A DNA stretch of 64,000 nucleotides, taken from Cystobasidiomycetes sp. EMM_F5. Its lineage: Eukaryota. Under the pieces are notes generated by a model. The model saw only the letters and a list, made by a program, of their open reading frames with translations, did no database searches and had not been told where the DNA came from. Positions 1-11,600 of this stretch are shown in pieces; the first letter of the stretch is position 1, and the number at the start of each line of letters is the position of its first letter. The stretch lies in NCBI GenBank assembly GCA_051047955.1, contig JBPGPT010000011.1, forward strand, positions 1 through 64,000. The letters are read 5' to 3'. Position numbers and translations under genes: made by a program.

Positions 1-899
1 CTTATCCTTAGTAGTACGAAGGTAAAGTACGAAGGACTCCAATCGTGCTTGACTCACTAAATACTTGAATGGCGACACGGGGACTCGGGGGGCTTCGAGT
101 ATAAGTCTTGATGGGGCGATAGTTACGACGGAGTGGGGGGTATCGGCCTTCGTAGTATCTTTGTACTATCCTTAGTAGTACTAAGCCTTCGTAGTAGAAG
201 TACGAAGGTCAAGTACGATGACCAAAGATGTTGATACGAGTTAGATACCAAGAAGAGTGTATCGAAGTGGATTCGAAGTGGTGCCTGTTGTACATATAGG
301 GTCCAGGGCCAAGGTCTTAGGTACGAAAGGGCTTAGTAGTTTGAAAGTACGAAGCTCTTCGTACTTGATACTTAACTCCGGAGGGGGTATAAACTTGATG
401 AGATGGGTCCCAGGCTCACATCGAGTGTAGGGTGCTTGGAGGTCGGCAAAGTCGGAAGCACTCTAGTTCGGGCCTGTTCCGAGTGTAGCTCGGGCGGAGA
501 CCCGACTCGAGGTTCGAGGTTCGAGCTGCGTCTCGAGGCTTACTCGAGGTTAACTTGGGGTCACTCGAGGTCGAGTCGTAGTTGAGGGTCGTCTGCCAAC
601 TCGAAGTTCGAAGCACGACTCGGACATGTCTCGAAGTGAACTCGAGGTCGAGTCACCGGCGAGTCTTGAGGGGAGGCCGGATGCCGTCTCACGTCGACAT
701 GGACATTGTCAATGGTACGAGACAATCACTACAAGCTTGTCGGGGAGTGTACTCGACTCTTCGGAGTCTCGATAAGTTCTCGAGGTTCGAGTCTTGTGTC
801 TCGAGGTCGAGTACTTTTACTCGAGGTCGAGATGCTCCAAAAGTAGACCGTTTACTGTGAAGTTCTGATCCTAGTAGGTCAAGACTCTGCCGTCTCACA
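1..899. mobile_element. Degenerate repeat region, probable decayed transposon/LTR remnant, truncated by window start
   Basis: No credible ORF. AGTACGAAGG and its reverse complement recur in 1-400. About 20 TCGA sites lie in 421-830. TGCCGTCTCAC is directly repeated at 682 and 888. The region ends in ...TCACA at 899, where coding sequence abruptly begins. Confidence 0.45.
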
Positions 900-2032
900 C
901 CTGGAGCTGCTTCGGATGCCGCGCCTTTTCATAAACATCGAAAGCAATGTCGGCCGGCGCCAATATATCATCATGTGCCACAGTCATCAAAAGCGGCGTC
1001 GGTGACAGCAGATGAATGAAGAGACCAGGCTCGTAGGCTGACAAAATCTCGACACTGCAGAAATTCGAGGTCAAGACTAGCGCCCAGCGATGGTCATCGT
1101 AATGTGTGCATAAACCAACCTGCGGACGGTGCATCTGTTCTGCCATTTTCCTGCTCCTGGGCCCTGAATTCCGGCTCTGTTAAAATACTCCCAGCTGTCA
1201 GCCGTCGGTAGAGCGACGGGAGCCATGGGCTAAAGAGTGCAGACGTTACTTCAGATGAGCGCTGCGACAATGGTGCGTAAAGATAACGTACGTCTGGATC
1301 CGTGATGGCTACATAGGTCGGGTCTTCCCCTTTGAATCTGGCCATGCGATCCTGTGCCCACTTGCTTCGCGCCTCTGGCACGAAATCTTGGCGGCAAAGT
1401 CTTCTGAAGGTGCCGCTGCCCGACAGGAAAGCGACCTGGCAGGCAACAGCTTTAACGCGTCTGTCGTTGACACCGACCATGATGGAATGGCCTCCTGCAA
1501 AGCTTGAGCCCTGTCGACAATCGTACTCAGTCACATCATCATCGCCGACCTCGTGCCAGCGTACCCATATGCCAATGCGGTCAGGATCGGTCTCGGGAAG
1601 AGTCAGAGCGAAGGTGATTGCATCGGACCAGTCCGAGACTTGCTGATACGGTACGATTTCTTGTCGATGCGAGCCAGGACCAGTATCCGAAGCGCCGCAA
1701 TTGCGATGATCATACGTGAGCGTATTGAAGCCACCCTTTTGGAAAAATTCCATAAAGTAGTCCAGATCCATTTCTTTCACTCCTCCGAAGCCGTATCCCA
1801 TTACAATGGTCGGAGCCTGTAGACAACAATTGTGTAAGAAAGGTGCTTGTCGACAGAGGAAGTGAACATGTGGGCACCTTTGCGTTCTTGGCATCTGCAG
1901 CAGCGTAGAACCAGCCACGAAGAACCGTACCCTGTTATGATGGGGAGGAGCCTCAGTATTGAAGGCTTGTAGGGTATCTCACTGCTTACTCACATCAGAG
2001 GCCTTGAATTCGATGTCTCTTCTGGATGCCAT
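895..2032 (-). CDS. Alpha/beta hydrolase (peptidase S15/AidA-like), spliced, apparently 3'-truncated
   Basis: Spliced translation MASRRDIEFKASD-GTVLRGWFY...APTIVMGYGFGGVKEM...YDHRNCGAS...RIGIWGSSFAGGH (GxSxxG nucleophile elbow)...PLLMTVAHDD...PKQLQV*. The expected final catalytic-His segment was not found. Confidence 0.8.
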
Positions 2033-3138
2033 CGTACCAAACCGTCAGGCAGAAGCTGGAAGATGCGTTGGAGTGTTGGTGCGAGCAGCTCAGGGAAAGA
2101 AGCCTGAGGGCGTGGAGTTCGTTGACGAGGTTCGGAAGCGCAGCAAAGCAAGCCAACGACCTTTCAAGTTGTATACGCTCGCGATTCCGGAATACTGTAT
2201 TCCGTCCTGGAGGCCCGCACGGTCGTTTGGCATACCATCGGATTTGCAGTGATGAGGATATTGCTTGTAGCTGCAGCTGCAATATTTTACGGATTTGCTT
2301 TATCCGATAGCCCCGCGGACTCGCCATGTTGACTGTAGTGTACGTGAGATGACGCTGCCCAGTGCTGTGTACTGCCAGCGCAGCTGCAATTGACATACAC
2401 GTATGCAGTATTAGTTTCATAGTCTGTGCATCGCTCAACATGCATTATGCGGTGAAGCCGGCAAAACACCCACAGTGTAAGCCTACCGATTCAAGGCGCA
2501 TCCGCTTGCCAGAGAACAGAACAAAACGCTTGGGGACAGTGTGCGCCTTTGGAGCGAGCAGGTGTCCAAGTTTCTCCTGGAACCTTTATCTTGTTGCAAT
2601 GATCTGGGATTAGCATTGCCGGCCGGCAACAGTCGCGAAAACGGAATTGTCGAGTGCTACTAGTACCACGGATAATTGCGACACCGCGCATGCATCGCTG
2701 AAGGAGCCAGTCCACGCAGATTTCTATTGCCGTGTGCGCAAGAAGTCCGGACAACGCAGGACATGGAGGTAGTCGACACGCACGATCTACCATACATTGT
2801 ATAGGTATGAACTGAGGACACAGGACAATTGCAACGTCGTCCGATACTATTGTTCGAATGGTTGTGGCATCTCCACAACCAGCTGTCCACATTTGATGGA
2901 AAAAGAGGTCATCGAAAGAAAGAAGACGTAAACGACACCCAACCTGCCCATGCATTGAAAGAGCGAATTAGTTGACAGCGTCGTTGTCTGCATCGGTTGC
3001 CCAGCGGTACCTCCAGATTCCAATGAATTTATAGCACGTCGCAAGTGTAGCTGCTCGGCAGCGAGCTAGTCATGAAGTAACCACCATTCTGCTCTCGCCG
3101 CAAGATTTCTGCGGAACAGAGCGACAATGGCATCTAGA

Positions 3139-6100
3139 TCAAAGGAAAGACAGCAGTCTCGCTTGATTGTCTTTCAAGGAGTATAGCCACAACCACTTGC
3201 ACTTATACCTGTTGTGCTGCGAGTATGGACGTTATTTGACCGCTTTCGTCGTCACATGCAGCTAGCTTACATATGCTTGAATTTCCGTGCGGATTTGCTG
3301 GAGGTAGTCTTTACCGACCGATGGGGCGACCTCCAGTATTTTGCGTATAGTAGCCGGCTCTTCTGAGAGTAGCCAAGATGTAGACTGCGCACAGATCGAG
3401 AAAGCGACACCTCCGATGTTTATCGCGACTTGTGTAAGTTTCAGCTTTAACTACGGTGGACCATTCACGACTCTCTTACAAAGAGGAATCTTGTCGAGTG
3501 CCGACATATCAGCGGTAATCGTGTCAACAGCCTTATCGAGTAAGAATTGCTTCTGCTTAAGTTTGACGCGCTTGCCATCGTTAGAAAGTAGCAAATGAGC
3601 ATCGATTCCTTCTACCAATGGACCAAGAGAGCGCATTGAATGGCTAATAGCTGGCTGTAGCGAGCCTCCAGCGAGATTCTCTTCGATATGACTAAGCAGT
3701 CCTCGAATATGGACTGCAAGTCACTCTCTCGTCAGTTGCTGGACTAGAGGATCGTGGCTGGTGCATTACTGACTTTCTTTCTCCACATGAGTAAGCAGAT
3801 CGGTAATTCGGATGGTGCTATTGGGATCGCTGAACAGAGGGGAAGCCTTCACGACAATCAAGAATTGCACGCCCTCGCGGCCGAGGGTAGCGGCGATGCG
3901 ATCTGGTGTCATTTTTGCAAAGTCGTCTAGTGACATCATGCCTGTCAGTGGTGTGGTGTCGCGAGCAGCAGTATGCCTGCTGACCTTCGTACATCTGCGA
4001 CCAGATTTCGTCAGCATTCGTAAGACTGTTATAGCGCCGGAAAGCGGAAAGTACCAAATCGGCCCTAATGCCTCCCCGCCAGCAAAGACGTGCAACTAGC
4101 AGGCGTTCCTCGATCAGGTCGGGAGAGTAGGAAACGATATATGCTATGCAACGTGAACGAAAGCTTTCCGCGTTGAGGTGTGCATGTTTAATAGCGATGC
4201 TGGACCGCTGCACGGCTTTACCAAGTTTGGATACCGCTACTGTGACGCCGACAAGACTTCGTCTCAGCTTTCGTGTGGTAGCCGAAGCCATTGATTGTAG
4301 GAGCTCGTCGTATCTGTTGGCATTGCCATGGGTATATACGAGCGGCGATGGAAACAGAGGGACGCACCTCCCACCGCTAGCGTAAACATCGTCCGATCGC
4401 TTGCCTTTCCGACGGCACTGGAACGATATACCGCTACACCGCATTTCCGGCTTAGAACTCATCAGAGGCGAGATGATAACCCGGTGTTTTAAATCAAGCC
4501 TCCGACATAGGTTCGTCAACTGGCGGATGGTCAACAACGATGAACAAATAGTGCATCAGTATGCATAAACGCACATATTGCAGATCTTTGCTTGCAGCCG
4601 CGAGATCCTTGAGCCCGTCATTACTTCCAGGTAGTCTGCTTGTCCAAGGCATCGCTGGATTGCTGAAATCTTTTGGGTGAGCATCAGAACATTTACACTG
4701 CCGACGTGACTAGATTTGACTTAAGTACCTGAGGTTTCCAAAGTGATGACTGTCTCGAGAAAGGTTCGCGGTATGCCAAGCCGCGTCAATTCTGTTGACG
4801 CCTGTTGCCGGCTAATCCCGCGGTTCTCATAGCGCTCAACAATTTCACGCGACAAGGTGCGTAGAGGCTGTGGCAAGTTTTGATACAACCATGACGTGAT
4901 GGCCGAATGTCCCAGAACATGGACAAAATCATCATCCCCCGGCAGAATGGCACACAAAATATCGTCTGATGGGTCAGGGTAGTCAGTCATTTTTGATGCG
5001 AGACCACGATGTAAGTATTACCCACCTATTGTTTGAATCACTTCCGCCTCTGCAACCAGAGTAGAATGGGTAGATACGATATCGTATGAAGCACTGAGGT
5101 ATGCTCTAGGATGCTGTGAAGTCCGCAAGTCGAAACAATTACCGACAACAGCCGTTGGGTAAGTCATGAGCTCACCCCCTCTAGGCCTTGGTCGCGATAT
5201 ACGTGCGATATATGAAATCGCTTCAGACGCATTATCTGATCTCCTCTAGCTACGCATCGCGCGAATGGCAGAGTCTGGTTGTAAGGTAGTCTACGTGTTC
5301 CGTCAGAAGAAATCAAAAATATCCGACACCATTGATACTGACTGAACAGGGACACCGCGACGGTCGAGCAATATGGCCGGCTTCGAAAGCGTACTCGAGC
5401 TGGGGGCGAAGCTATCAGATGCCGGCATGAGGAGCGGTGGCGCGAAATCAACTGCTCCCCGCATTCGAAAGATGGCTTCAAGCTGATAGCGCACGATGGC
5501 GTCGCTAGGATGACTATCCACATCACTCTGAGATTCTTCATCAAATGCCAGCTCGTCCAAGTAATTGTTGCTGGACTGGCGGTTGAAAAGAACTGACATC
5601 AAATTGTGTACATAGGGCGAGTCTCGCTGTGCTGCAAGTAGGATCGTTAGGATTGAACTTCGCTCAAGCATCTTTCGTTTCAATGTACTCAGTAAAGCTA
5701 TTGCTTCGACTACAGTGTCGTCCATAGGCGCTGCTGGCAGAAGGTCGCTGCGGAGAAGGTCTGCAGCACCAGCTCGTAAATTCGGGTCCGTTACTAGACA
5801 CCAGCGTATAACCTTGCCCTGTCGCGCCCGTACAGCTTCGGTGTCATGCCATCCGTGTGGAAATTTAGGCGGTGAAGCACGCAACGCTTTCAGTACTTCC
5901 ACCCTTTCCATGCGAGTGCTCACTGGCCAGCACCTTTTACCCAATTTCAGTCGCAACAAATGAGACACCGCTAGGAATGGGACTTACATTTCGAACAAAA
6001 CCACTCCAAGCGCGTAGACATCGATCTAGCCCGGAGTATTCAGGGCTCAACGGTACTGAAGGGTGCTGTAAGCGGACCAGGCGTACTTTTTCTGAGAGCC

Positions 6101-9100
6101 TGTGTTTGACTTTCTCCTGATTGCGATTTAGACTTTCCGGGGCAACGTATAGGGAAGTGCCAACGCCTGTGAATTGTGCGGTCTTCAGGGAATATCGAAC
6201 ATCTGACTCAATCGGCTGCTCTCACCAGAAGTCATGTCTGACGTTAGATTACTGTCCCTCTCGTTTGCGTCTCGGGAGGATAAATCTCCCGGCAGCGCTT
6301 TCTCTACAGCAAGTCCAAAGTCGGCCTTGCAACAGAGCAAGTCAATGCCGTATACAGATTGTGATTTCCGGTCGTGATCATACGCACAATTCGCACGTTG
6401 CGATAGGTGTCCAAAAGTATATTCGAACTGTCTCAATTCACTCAGCGGAGGATCCGGCATGGTTGCGAATTGTGTCCCATTGCAGCTTACGGTTTGAGAT
6501 CACGATGTATAATGCCAAAGTTGGAGTAATACTTGATTGCTAGGAGAATCTGACGCACAATCCTCCATCTGTTGTGCTATACGTTAGCTCGCTATAAACC
6601 AGCAGACTTCGGTGCTGACATTTCCCCTTCAGGCATGCCTTCGTCGATATACTGTCTCGATTCACCGTGTAAGCTTGCGCCAGGATCGCAGGCGCGGGCG
6701 CGCACGCACCTCTCGTAAGGTCTGTCCACTGACAAACTACGGTAGCCATTAGCTATCCTTGACATATGTCACATAACGTTGTGTATATAATACCTCCATC
6801 TGGATGTAAAGCGTGTGTAATTGTTTAGGCAGTTGACGTAGTGTTTCCGCCTTATGATCGGTCGCAGGACTCTCAGCGCGACTACGATAGGGCGAACCGC
6901 GGGAGCTTGGATCGTTTTCATCCCCGAAATGAATAGCAAACGAGTTCTTTGCCATAGCACGGCCTTCATGGCCCTTGCTGACAAAGTCCATGTCTTCAAG
7001 GCCATACGAGAAATCTACTATCTGACCGTTTGAGCTATTCGTACGATCAGATACGTCCTCGTTGCTAGCGTCCTCCTCTTGCGTCGCATCATTGGATGCC
7101 GAACGAGTATGTGATTCGCTTGTAAGCAGATCTATAGCGGTGCTGACATTCGTTGTCAGGCTGTCTGCCTCCACCCAGCTGGTGTGATATCGTACGATGT
7201 TTGGGTGAGAAAGCCTGCCCCATATAGTGACTTCTCGCAGAATTTTGGCGGCAACTGCAGGATCTGTTGACAGCTTGACTTTCTTCACAGCACTGCATGC
7301 TGAATGAGCATAACATTCTTGACGAGCATGAAGATCACTCACTAGAAATTGTTATCTAGCCGATTCAGTGCCTTGAAGACTTTGCCAAATCCACCAGAGC
7401 CCAACTCCTCCACTTCCTCAAATTCGTTGCGATATCGAGAGGACGACGCTGCTATTTTTGGCTGGAAAAACGTTCCAACAGACGGGATCTTGTTCTGAAC
7501 ATTGATAGCATCTTTCAATGCTGTAGGAGGCGTGCTCGTGTGCGCTTGAATACTGGTGTTAGCTCGTTGATGCGCACCTGCAATTGTTTCCGTTGCTGAT
7601 ACTTCTTGCACCACAAGGTTTCCCAGGCGCGACACAAGATTCAGCGCTGTACAGGGACGCTGCCGAAACACGCCGTGTAACACATCCGCTATAGGTGCAC
7701 CTTGATCTGCGTATAAAAATCAGTGTCTAGGAAGTGTCGTGTCGGCCTTGTCTTCTTACACATGGATGTATAGTAATCTGGGGTGAAAGCATCGCTACGC
7801 GGATCCACCCCGTTTATGACTTCAAGCATGACACAACCAAGATCCCAAACGTCTATGCTATCAGCGTTGGCTAATGGATCTGCGCGAAGCAAAGGACTTC
7901 GCCTGCAAGAGGTTCATTTCTATCAGAGCTTGCCGACCTATCGTCGAGGCTGTCCCCTTACCACTCTTCCGGGAGACTCACTACGGTCTCGGAAAGAAAA
8001 CGGTCTGCCCGGTTCATATCCAACAGCTTTTGGTGCCAGAGTGCACCAACTACTTTGATTTGTACGAGTCCGTCTTCGCAAGGCTCCACGTATACTTGAT
8101 CAGTACATATACCTTTCGGCGTGGTCAGCCAAATTGCAGATCTGGGCGTTCAGTCGTTGACTTACATCGGTGAAGTATATCCAAATTATGGAGGTAAGCC
8201 AATAATTCTGCACATTGACTGAACAATGGTATGGCTTTCTCCATGCTCAATTTCCCGGACACTTGCAAAATCTGCCGAAGGCGGAGCACAGGCAGAGGCT
8301 CCGTGACTATGAACAATTGCCAGCCATCAGACTGGCCATTGTTGACTGGCTTGCGCATATAGCCGTAGACGGCCACAGAGTTGTCGTGATGGATCTGCAT
8401 AGCCTGTCGCATATCACCATCAAATCTATCCAATTTTCGTTGCCCTGCCAAGGAAACGAAATAGGGCACGATAATGTCCACGACGAATACCGCAACCGCA
8501 ATGTTTTGCGAGTATTGCGAGGAAACGGCAGCTTCAGCATCGTACCAAGTGCCCAACGAGTCTAAGCATTCCCCAAGATTAGCATATCCATTGAATCAAG
8601 CTGAGTGTATTGTGACTGACTAGACGCTAAAAGCCGTCCACGTCTTAGCGTATGAGAGGTCAAGCTGTTCGGCAACTTGATGGCGTTTGAGAAGTGTTCG
8701 GTCATGTCTGCAGCCGCGGATTTGCTGCCCAAAGATTTCTGTGCCACTGCATCCAACTTATTACGTTCTTCGCGAAGCTTGGCTCGGTACGTCTCCTCGG
8801 CCTCAGCTTGATCCTGCAGCTTTTTCTCTAATTCTTGTTCAGAAGCGATTGCCTCAGCTTTTGCAAGCGCACTCTTGACAGCGATATCATTGTCGGCTTC
8901 GAGCTTGCGAGCATCTTCGAGCGATAGATTGTTGCCAAAACGAACAATAGCGTTATTGTCTGTAATGTAGCTCGACGCAGTGTTTGCAAGCTCAAATACT
9001 ACCTCCTGATCCGTCATCTCTCTAATCAATTTTTCCAGCATGTTTTGCAAGCTTTCTACGTGTTGACTCGATAGACCGTGATATTGCTCTAGCTTGAGAT

Positions 9101-9504
9101 TTATAGGCGATTTGGGGTAGGTCTTCGGCATCCTTAGACGTTGTCCCTCACATCAGTAATATGCCTCAGCGAGTCTTACGGTTAGTGGTAAGCTGACTTG
9201 AAGTGAAGGACTATAGTAACGGCGTCCCGCATAGTCGCCTCTTCGGAACGGACACACAACTCGAACTCGTAGACTGCGTTGACAGACTTGAACGAGTCGG
9301 GACAATCAGACTGCAGACGAGCCGACTGCCTTGCGAATTGCGTAGCGTACCCGCCATACTGTGCGGCTCTCGACTTGCTTGAAGTCGTCCCCAAAGATAG
9401 CTAGCACACGCTCAGTATATTTAATCGCCTAACAGTATGCTAAGGTATTCACCTTTCACTGCTTCAATCTCCGCATCCTGCCGTTCCTTAAGGGCACCAT
9501 CCAT
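3139..9504 (-). CDS. GCN2: eIF2-alpha kinase GCN2 (RWD, pseudokinase, kinase, HisRS-like and C-terminal domains), multi-exon
   Basis: Start MDGALKERQDAEIEAVK. RWD segment PKTYPK...VFELA. Kinase motifs EELGSGGFGKVFK, HPNIVRY, LYIQME, HRDLKP, DFGLA. HisRS-like motifs LPYNQTLPFAR, ASGGRYD, GIRADL. Ends ...QARLLSFL*. Confidence 0.95.
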
Positions 9505-9680
9505 TTTTTGAGTCGGTCATGGCCCACAGGCATAGATGGAATGGAGAATACGGGTCGCCCAAGCAGGAATCTTATTTTCTGTAGACTATTGTCAGAGCGT
9601 TGTCGACCAACACCAAGCTGTGTAGCGACAAGTTGCAGCAAACTGATCAACGTCGCTCTATCTACGCCTTCCCTCAACAA

Positions 9681-10703
9681 ATGCATGGCAGGTCCGGCAG
9701 GAAGACCCTGTGGACTGCGCTGCATCTTGCTGTGGCAGTCCTCGTACTGCTAGGCTTACATCTGATACACGGATGCACTCTGCTATTCACACTCTTTGTT
9801 CACTGCGCGGCGACACTGCAACCAGGCTCGACACGTCTAAGGGCGGCATCTCTGGATGAGGACATCGCGCGATGGAGAGAAACCAGGCTTCCTCGAAATG
9901 TCGCAGTCGTATTCGTACCTGCTGCAAGAGGTCGTATACGCTGGAAGTTCCTGCATTGGACATACGAACCCTGGCCAAACGATGTAGTGCTACATGGCAT
10001 GCAAGCAGATGCCATTGAGCTGGTGCAGTGGTGCTTTCAGATGGGAATCGAATCCTTGTCGTTGTATGACGAAGAGGGTACGTGAAGTGCTCTGCTGCTT
10101 GTGCACTCTTACGGGACAGTAAACAAACAACTACAGGAATAATGAAACGTCATAACGACAAAATATTTGCTGCTCTTGTAGCATCACCGTCGGAATCTCC
10201 TCAGTGTTCGCGAGTCTCATCTAACGCTATGAAGGCATACGGCATGCGCATTACCCTGCTTTCAAAGGACGATGGCAAGCACCATCTATCTACTGTCGCC
10301 AGAGGACTTGCCAAAGCAACATGGGCGGGCATCCTGACACGAGATTGCATCGACATTGACTATGCTCAGCGTAAAGTCTTAGGTGATTTCCGAATAGAGA
10401 ATACAAACGCCCAGCGTCTGACTCAATCGTTGACAGATACGCTGTGTCCTGAACCAGATCTGATGATTGTATTGGGAGGGTTGCATTTAAGACTGAGGGG
10501 GTTTTCCCCATGGCACGCACGTCTGTGCGAAATCTAGTCCGTGTACCTCAGCCATGCCTAGGCTGCCTGCTGACAACGACTCTTTGCTTGGACTTAGTCA
10601 CGACGCTTCGCTAGGACTTCTTGGTCCTCCTCGTCTCCGCTACCGTGCTTTCCGGCGCGCAATGGATGCACATGCAGCGTGTCAACAGCGATATGGCCGA
10701 TAG
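9681..10703 (+). CDS. NUS1: Dehydrodolichyl diphosphate synthase complex subunit (Nogo-B receptor)
   Basis: N-terminal hydrophobic segment, LPRNVAVVF, WCFQMGIESLSLYDEEG, LLSKDDGK, PEPDLMIV...LRGFSPWHARLCEI, and the C-terminal RxG motif QRYGR*. The start codon is a best guess. Confidence 0.88.
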
Positions 10704-10860
10704 AAGTCTGTCTTGACAGGAAGCGCGTTCCTGTTAACGCCCAGGTCAAATGCGACGAAACTGTTGATATGGATCTCATGCCCAAGTAACGACAACCGCA
10801 AATAACTCAACTAGACCTGTTAAGATTTTGTGACCTGGCAGTGATGAGTACACACTCGCA

Positions 10861-10960
10861 ACCTGTAGTAAGCTAGCAGCCTACTTACTGCAAAGTAAGC
10901 TGCAAAAGCTGCTAAGTAAGCTGCTGCCTACTACTGCAGTAACTACAACTGCAGCTGATG
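10861..10960. repeat. Short degenerate tandem repeat (AGTAAGCT / CTACTGCA-type units)
   Basis: AGTAAGCT occurs three times, with CTACT and CTGCA variants, in about 100 bp of intergenic DNA. Confidence 0.5.
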
Positions 10961-11600
10961 TCCACATCTACGAATATTTCCGCTTGCACGTCCTACATTT
11001 CCCTACAGTATCTATAAATAGGCTAGCATGTGCGCCGACTCTGCCCGACCTGTGCCAAGGCCTTTGTCGACATTTTGTAATTTCAAATTTACCTGCTGTC
11101 AAGCTCAAGCCGGCTATGACACAGGGCGCGAGGTTTATACCGGTGTTCCGTAGCAGTTATGAGTAGATGGACACAGCTGACAAACACCCTGTATTCATAC
11201 TGCCCTTGTGCGCTAATCCTGACAGCAATGGCAGCTCGACGCCGAACATGATTGCGTGGGCGCGCGTTGTGCCTGATCAGCAAATCGGGTGAAAGCGGAG
11301 AGAAGCGGAGAAGCCGCCAAGGATTCTGGGTTGATACATGTGTTTTCTACATGTTTGGCCCCACTCAACATCAGACGTTCCATCCGGCTGTTCTCGGGCT
11401 TGAAAATGCTAAGCCCAAACGCGGAGTATCACGGACAGCTAGCTTACGCTTGGCTAAACAAGCACTGATAGATAAGGGCCCGCAAAGCTCCGGTCATGTC
11501 TTTGCGTCACACTTCGAGATATTCTTGGGCTGTAGTGCTGGTTTCCCTTACGTGACTTTGACAACCTCACGAGCACTTCGATATCACTCAACCCGCGAAA

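Noticed and set aside
1..840. CRISPR-like appearance of the recurring short motifs
   Set aside because: No constant repeat-spacer periodicity, no cas genes, and the context is eukaryotic.
403..898. Short ORFs inside the left-edge repeat
   Set aside because: They are Ser/Arg-rich by-products of TCGA repeats with no domain motifs.
2440..2931. Possible small Cys-rich spliced gene (...FYCRVRKK...NCNVVRYYCSNGCG...)
   Set aside because: No signal peptide or convincing first exon, so the model cannot be supported from sequence alone.
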